Shown here: positions 59,019-64,000 of the stretch, piece after piece
Numbering within the stretch: position 1 is the stretch's first letter
Layout: each line of letters begins with the position of its first letter
Assembly: GCA_902591775.1 (NCBI GenBank)
Contig: CACJBW010000004.1
Location: forward strand, 6,511-70,510
Source of the DNA: an uncultured Pelagibacteraceae bacterium
Lineage (GTDB): Bacteria > Pseudomonadota > Alphaproteobacteria > Pelagibacterales > Pelagibacteraceae
Length of the DNA: 64,000 nt
Direction: 5' to 3'
The notes under the pieces: generated by a model
What the model saw: only the letters and a program-made list of their open reading frames with translations
Database searches by the model: none
Told to the model about the DNA's origin: nothing
Position numbers and translations under genes: made by a program

Positions 59019-59892
59019 TTAAATATTCAAGCAATATATGTGGAAAAGTTAATGAGGCCAATCCAATAAAAATAACCCGATATATAGTTTCATTAAATTC
59101 GTTATAATTATTCAGAATTGATATTGAAACAACATATCCAAAAATTGTTAAAATTGTTAGTGGAAGGGCTTTTTTAATGAATATTGGTAAACCTTTTGTC
59201 AAATTTTTATTTATTTCTCTAATCAAAGAAATCGAGTGCCTGATAGAATGTAAAAAGCAAAAGTAAATCGTAAAAGCAATTATTGGATTAAGAAAATAAT
59301 TTAGGATTAATATTGATAAATAATCCATTAATAATAATGACTTTGCTTCGATACTTTTGTTTAACGATAAAATAATTCCTGAAATTAAAGATAGTAAGAT
59401 AAATATGAATAATATCTCGTTAGATATTATTAAATTATTTGAAATATAAAAATTTAATGTCTCGAATATTGCTAGTGTTTCCTCTTTATGGAAAAATAAG
59501 GGCGATGTAATTATTAATGATCCTTTTAAAAAATAAATTAATTCAAACTTTTCTTTTTGATTAATAAATTCAGAGTCCTCTTTACCAAAATGATAAGCAG
59601 CGATAATTAAAAATAAGAAAAGTAATAATTTTGGGAATATTAACCAAATCAATATTATAACTGTGCCAATAAGTAAATAACTCATATAAAAAATACCCAT
59701 TGATTTATATCCAAAATATTTAATCAGTTTTTTACCTTTAATATGATCCAGTGAACCATGGGATATTCCAATTGTTAAAATTAAAAACAACGAAATTAGT
59801 AAGAAACTACCTTCTCTCAAATATTTTATTCCTGATAAAAGTATACATAAATTAAAAAAAATTAAAGAGTGGTAAAAATTAATTCTAATCAT
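58999..59892 (-). CDS. blh: Beta-carotene 15,15'-dioxygenase (Brp/Blh)
   Basis: GISHGSLD, AYHFG, YFCFLHS.RH, LASLT.PH (four Fe-ligand His); follows crtY. Confidence 0.94.
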   Translation of the reverse strand: MIRINFYHSLIFFNLCILLSGIKYLREGSFLLISLFLILTIGISHGSLDHIKGKKLIKYFGYKSMGIFYMSYLLIGTVIILIWLIFPKLLLFLFLIIAAYHFGKEDSEFINQKEKFELIYFLKGSLIITSPLFFHKEETLAIFETLNFYISNNLIISNEILFIFILLSLISGIILSLNKSIEAKSLLLMDYLSILILNYFLNPIIAFTIYFCFLHSIRHSISLIREINKNLTKGLPIFIKKALPLTILTIFGYVVSISILNNYNEFNETIYRVIFIGLASLTFPHILLEYLIEKNEQ

Positions 59893-60961
59893 ATAATTTA
59901 AAAAGTTCTTTAATAAAAATCCATTTAGGCATTTTTAATATTATCGATATATCTTCAAATAAATTACTTCTATTTGACAAAAATTTTATTACAGTATTAG
60001 ATTTATTATTAAACATCCTAAAAAAAATATTTGGCATTTTGCTTGGATTATTTTTAAGAACTTTTAAAAAAATATTATCAAGAAATTGATATTTTTTTTT
60101 AATTTGAAAAGTTTTCAATTTACTAATGTTTTCGATATTTTCTCTTATATATTTACTTTGTTCTTGAATATTTAGAAAAGTATAACCAGTACTTAACCTT
60201 GTCATACCACCAGCTGTTCCAATATTAATTTTATTTTTTACTTGGTCAGTTATTGGGTAAAAAAGAGGTATAGCACCCACTTCTTTGTATATAATCTTAT
60301 AATCTTTTATTTTTAGATTATTCCCAATATAATCTTTAATTTGATGATCATAATCTTTTTGGGAATCGTCATTCATTTCTGATAACCATGTTGTTTCGAT
60401 TAATGCTGTCTTTTTCGAATACGGAAGTGTATAAAAAAAATGAACACTTCCTCTCTGTTCACAATCAAAATCCATTAGATTCATCATTTCTTCATCAAAA
60501 AAATCCTTTTTTGTCTCTATTTCTACCCCACAGAAATGTTGCCAAAGACCAGAGTTTTGATTACCTAAATTTGGAACACTATTAAATACTAAAGAGTTAT
60601 CAAAATTTATATTTTGATCATTTTTGTGAAAGGAAATATTTTTATTTTCTTTTAATTTGTTGTTTATCTTCTCATAAAATAAACCACTATCAATACTTTG
60701 ATACTGATAATTATCACACTCTAGATGTCTTGTTTTTTGAGGCACATTTATAGAGAAATGTTTCCAATTTTTTTTTACACAATCCTCAAAATTATGTGAG
60801 AATGTTTTCCAAAAAGACCAAGTTTTATCTTTTTTATATTCATCTCTTGGTTCAATAATAGCTAAAGTTTTATTTTTTAATTTATTATTGATATCTAACT
60901 CATATGCTAAAGATAATCCTGCGCAACCTCCACCAATTATGATAAAATCAAAATCTTTCAT
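59885..60961 (-). CDS. crtY: Lycopene beta-cyclase
   Basis: GGGCAGLSLA, DKTWSFW, QHF.G, MDF, F.Y.LP, E.GAIP, GTAGG....STGY. Confidence 0.92.
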   Translation of the reverse strand: MKDFDFIIIGGGCAGLSLAYELDINNKLKNKTLAIIEPRDEYKKDKTWSFWKTFSHNFEDCVKKNWKHFSINVPQKTRHLECDNYQYQSIDSGLFYEKINNKLKENKNISFHKNDQNINFDNSLVFNSVPNLGNQNSGLWQHFCGVEIETKKDFFDEEMMNLMDFDCEQRGSVHFFYTLPYSKKTALIETTWLSEMNDDSQKDYDHQIKDYIGNNLKIKDYKIIYKEVGAIPLFYPITDQVKNKINIGTAGGMTRLSTGYTFLNIQEQSKYIRENIENISKLKTFQIKKKYQFLDNIFLKVLKNNPSKMPNIFFRMFNNKSNTVIKFLSNRSNLFEDISIILKMPKWIFIKELFKLYD

Positions 60962-61799
60962 TTAAATTTATTTCTTCACTAATTAATTCGTGTTCTTTAT
61001 CTCTAAGGTGATTATGTTTTTTAATCAATGATAGTTTTAGCAAGTCAAATATAGATAATAATGTTTGCAATATTTTACCACTATTAGTAACAAAAATTTT
61101 GCCTGATTTATTATAATTTTGAATTGTTTGTTTTTTAATAATATTTCTTCCAATTTGTCTATAAATTCTTCTTGCAACTATAACTGAAAATCGAAGACCT
61201 AACGGAATATCTTTTATTGATGAAAAGCTACTATTATAAAATAAATCTGCAGTAGCCAATGTTTCTTTTATTGTTTCAAAATTGTGTTTTATATAAAACC
61301 TTTTATTTTTTTTGTCCTCTACTACATCTCTCGAAATATTTGTTAGTTGCATAGCTATTCCTAAATCTATAGCTGATTTAAGAGAATTAGAGCTATTTAC
61401 ATTTAAAATTTTTGCCATCATTAATCCAACAGTTCCTGCTACTCTATATGAATAAATTAATAATTCCTTTTTTGAATTTAATCTTATTTCATTTTGAATA
61501 TCAGACTCTACACCATCAAATAAGTCTTCTACAATTTTTGTGGAAATATTATATTCATCCATTAATAACCACATATTTTTGATTATACGGTTCTGAAATT
61601 CTTTATTGATAAAATTATTTTTGAAGTTTAAAAATCTTCTTAATTTAATATGAATTGTGCCTTCATCGTCTGCTATATTATCTAAAGTTCTACAAAAATC
61701 GTATAAATTAGAACATTTCAAATAAGTTTCTTTTGGTAGAAAAAAACCAGCCCAGTTAAATGATTTTGCGTATATTGATAGAAAACTCTTTTTCTCCAT
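60948..61799 (-). CDS. crtB: Phytoene synthase
   Basis: KSF.WA, LY.FCR.LD..AD, YRVAGTVG, LG.AMQLTNI.RDV.ED. Confidence 0.95.
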   Translation of the reverse strand: MEKKSFLSIYAKSFNWAGFFLPKETYLKCSNLYDFCRTLDNIADDEGTIHIKLRRFLNFKNNFINKEFQNRIIKNMWLLMDEYNISTKIVEDLFDGVESDIQNEIRLNSKKELLIYSYRVAGTVGLMMAKILNVNSSNSLKSAIDLGIAMQLTNISRDVVEDKKNKRFYIKHNFETIKETLATADLFYNSSFSSIKDIPLGLRFSVIVARRIYRQIGRNIIKKQTIQNYNKSGKIFVTNSGKILQTLLSIFDLLKLSLIKKHNHLRDKEHELISEEINLNERF

Positions 61800-63256
61800 T
61801 ATAAAATTTTGTCTAAGACTTTTGCTGAAGACAGTACTCCTGGCACACCCGCTCCAGGATGAGTACCTGCTCCAACAAAATATAAACCATCAAAAATCTC
61901 TGATTTATTATGAAATCTAAAATAAGCTGATTGGGTAAATTTTGGTTGAATAGAAAAACCTGAGCCATGTTTAGTATTTAACTCTTTCTCAAAATAATCT
62001 GGAGTTAAATAAAAATCCTCAACAATATTTTCTCTTAAATTAGGTAGTAAACTTTCCTCCATTTTTTTAATAACCAGATTTTTCATTTTATCTCCTTCAA
62101 TAGACCAGTCTATGCCAGATTGGTTATTAGGAACTGGCACCAACACATAAAAACAATCATGACTATCAGGTGCCATCGATTTATCTGTAGCTGTTGGTCT
62201 ATGTAAATAGTAACTAATATCGTCATTTAATTTTTTATTGTTAAAAATATCATCCAAGTGTTCTTTGTATTTATCTCCAAATTTAATTGTATGATGTTCA
62301 ACATCGTCGTAAACTTTTTTGGTTCCAAAGTAATAAACAAACAAACCCATTGAATATTCCATTCTTTTCATTTTCCAATTAAAAATAGAATTACTACTAT
62401 TTGTGTTTGCTAATTTTGAGTAAACTGCGGGTGGATCAGCGTTACATATAACATTATCTGTTTCGATTTTATCCCCATTGCTTAGTTCAACCCCAGTAAT
62501 TTTATTTTTATTTGATAAGATTTTATTTACTTCGCATCCTTTTAATATTTTTATATTTTCTTCATTCATTAGTTTTTCCATACCATTTATTATTTGACCA
62601 GTCCCTCCCATAGAGTAATGAATTCCCCATTTTTTTTCTAAATATAAAATTAATCCATATATTGATGTTGTTGTAAAAGGATTGCCACCTACCAACAGTG
62701 GATGCATACTAAGTAATCTTCTTAATTTTTCATTTTCTATGTAAGAAGAAACCAAACCATAAACAGATTTATAACTCTTTAAATTAAATAAAGAAGGTAT
62801 CTGCTTTAACATAAAAGAGGGTTTATCAAATGGAACATCAGATAATTCAGTAAAACCTTTATCAAAAATCTTTTTTGTAAAATTAACTAAATTTTTATAT
62901 CCGTTTACATCTTTTTCGTTAATCTTTTTTATTTGATTAACCATTTCTTCTTCATCACCAGAATAGTCAAACTTAAAACCATCTTCGAAAACAAATTGAT
63001 ACCAAGTTTTTAAAGATTTAATTTCTAAATAATCTTTAGAATTTTTATTAAAAAGTTGAAACAATTCATCAATTAGGTAGGGTGCTGTTATCACAGTTGG
63101 ACCACCATCAAATGTAAATCCATTTTTTTTAAAAACTCTTGCTCGTCCACCTAAATCTTCATGTTTTTCAATCAAGGTTACATTATGGCCTTTAGCTTTT
63201 AACCTTAATGCTGCAGCCATACCACCAAAACCTGATCCTATTACAATCGAATTCAT
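61799..63256 (-). CDS. crtI: Phytoene desaturase
   Basis: IGSGFGG, GGRA, FDGGPTVIT, HPLLVGGNPF, GAGTHPGAGVPGV. Confidence 0.97.
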   Translation of the reverse strand: MNSIVIGSGFGGMAAALRLKAKGHNVTLIEKHEDLGGRARVFKKNGFTFDGGPTVITAPYLIDELFQLFNKNSKDYLEIKSLKTWYQFVFEDGFKFDYSGDEEEMVNQIKKINEKDVNGYKNLVNFTKKIFDKGFTELSDVPFDKPSFMLKQIPSLFNLKSYKSVYGLVSSYIENEKLRRLLSMHPLLVGGNPFTTTSIYGLILYLEKKWGIHYSMGGTGQIINGMEKLMNEENIKILKGCEVNKILSNKNKITGVELSNGDKIETDNVICNADPPAVYSKLANTNSSNSIFNWKMKRMEYSMGLFVYYFGTKKVYDDVEHHTIKFGDKYKEHLDDIFNNKKLNDDISYYLHRPTATDKSMAPDSHDCFYVLVPVPNNQSGIDWSIEGDKMKNLVIKKMEESLLPNLRENIVEDFYLTPDYFEKELNTKHGSGFSIQPKFTQSAYFRFHNKSEIFDGLYFVGAGTHPGAGVPGVLSSAKVLDKIL

Positions 63257-63300
63257 AATTTGGATTTTATATTATTTTAAGAAAATGTAACGTAATTTAG

Positions 63301-63795
63301 TTATGAATTAATTTTTTTTAATTCAGTCTTTGCTTCTTCAAGATTCTTTTCAAAAAGATTATCTAGTTTAGATTTATCAACTGTAGTTGTTATTATTTTT
63401 TTTACAGACTCTAGGGCAATTTTAACAGAAGTATCTTTGATTTCTTTAATTGCTGCCTCTTTCATCTGATTAATTTTTGTTTGAGTTAAATTCTTTTTTA
63501 TTTCAGAAGTTTTATGAAATTTTTCATTCATGCTTATAACAAGTTGCTCAGACTCAGTTTTAGCTTGATCAAGGATTTTTTTGGACTCTCCTTCTACAGA
63601 ACTGAGTTTAGCTTGAGCTTCATCTAAAAGTTTTTTTGACTCGACTCTTAACTTTTCACTTTCATCGATTTCTTTTTTTATATTTCCTATCATTTTTGTT
63701 AGGAGATTATTTATATTCTGAGGTATTTTAAAATATACCAATAGTCCTACAAATATAAAAAATGATATTGCTACCCAAAAAGTTGCATCAAACAT
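63301..63795 (-). CDS. atpF: ATP synthase F0 subunit b
   Basis: MFDATFWVAISF TM followed by a charged helix; follows b'. Confidence 0.9.
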   Translation of the reverse strand: MFDATFWVAISFFIFVGLLVYFKIPQNINNLLTKMIGNIKKEIDESEKLRVESKKLLDEAQAKLSSVEGESKKILDQAKTESEQLVISMNEKFHKTSEIKKNLTQTKINQMKEAAIKEIKDTSVKIALESVKKIITTTVDKSKLDNLFEKNLEEAKTELKKINS

Positions 63796-64000
63796 CTTTT
63801 CTCTCTTTATTTAATTTTGATTGGTCTTCTACAATCGCTACTATGCTGCTACTATTTACTTCTTCACCAATTAGCTCTTTTATTAACTCAGCTGATGTTT
63901 CTGCTGCAATTTTATTTATTTTTTCTCCTGATTTATTCCTTAGATCAGATAATTCCTTTTCTACTTCACCTATTTCTTCATCAAGATCTTTCTCTAATGC
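63788..64000 (-). CDS. ATP synthase F0 subunit b' (3' part; 5' end outside the window)
   Basis: Reads ...INKIAAETSAELIKELIGEEVNSSSIVAIVEDQSKLNKERKDV*, overlapping the atpF start. Confidence 0.78.
   Translation of the reverse strand, partial: ALEKDLDEEIGEVEKELSDLRNKSGEKINKIAAETSAELIKELIGEEVNSSSIVAIVEDQSKLNKERKDV

Overview
Very AT-rich, extremely gene-dense alphaproteobacterial chromosome segment with the gene content and minimal spacers typical of Pelagibacterales (SAR11). This assignment is inferred from composition and gene content, not from a search. It is mostly core genome. Left to right: RND efflux pair (permease truncated at the left edge), sseA, msrA, a DMT transporter, alkA, two DUF1330 genes, a purine-type PRTase facing a BMP-family ABC transporter, Hsp20 (sigma32 promoter plus ROSE-like thermometer), oligopeptidase B, a Pam18/TimB-like J protein, GT9, a DapA-like aldolase, cfa, a Lys-rich coiled-coil ORF, a RamB/ScfR regulator divergent from an unannotated 53-codon ORF and aceA, djlA, typA, groESL, ribF-ileS-lspA, pgi, rsmD, purD, lipid A genes, ubiA, a qor/pirin/DoxX/HAD block, rsmE, sco, a CoxMNOP-type heme-copper oxidase cluster joined to ctaB-thrC, prx, rnhA, thrB, ispH, the retinal genes crtI-crtB-crtY-blh, and atpF/atpF' (truncated at the right edge). 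I found no rRNA, tRNA, CRISPR array, prophage or IS. The most notable observations are (1) the ramB-aceA control region, with a TGTAAA operator array, a probably leaderless His/Cys/acidic small ORF and a triple TAGTCATT repeat; (2) an alternative oxidase occupying the usual aa3 locus with ctaG, coxC and surf1 missing; (3) a RegA-like palindrome shared by coxM and an antisense twin-TM micro-ORF; (4) a GC-rich GNRA hairpin resembling the alphaproteobacterial tmRNA 3' end, lying between prx and rnhA.
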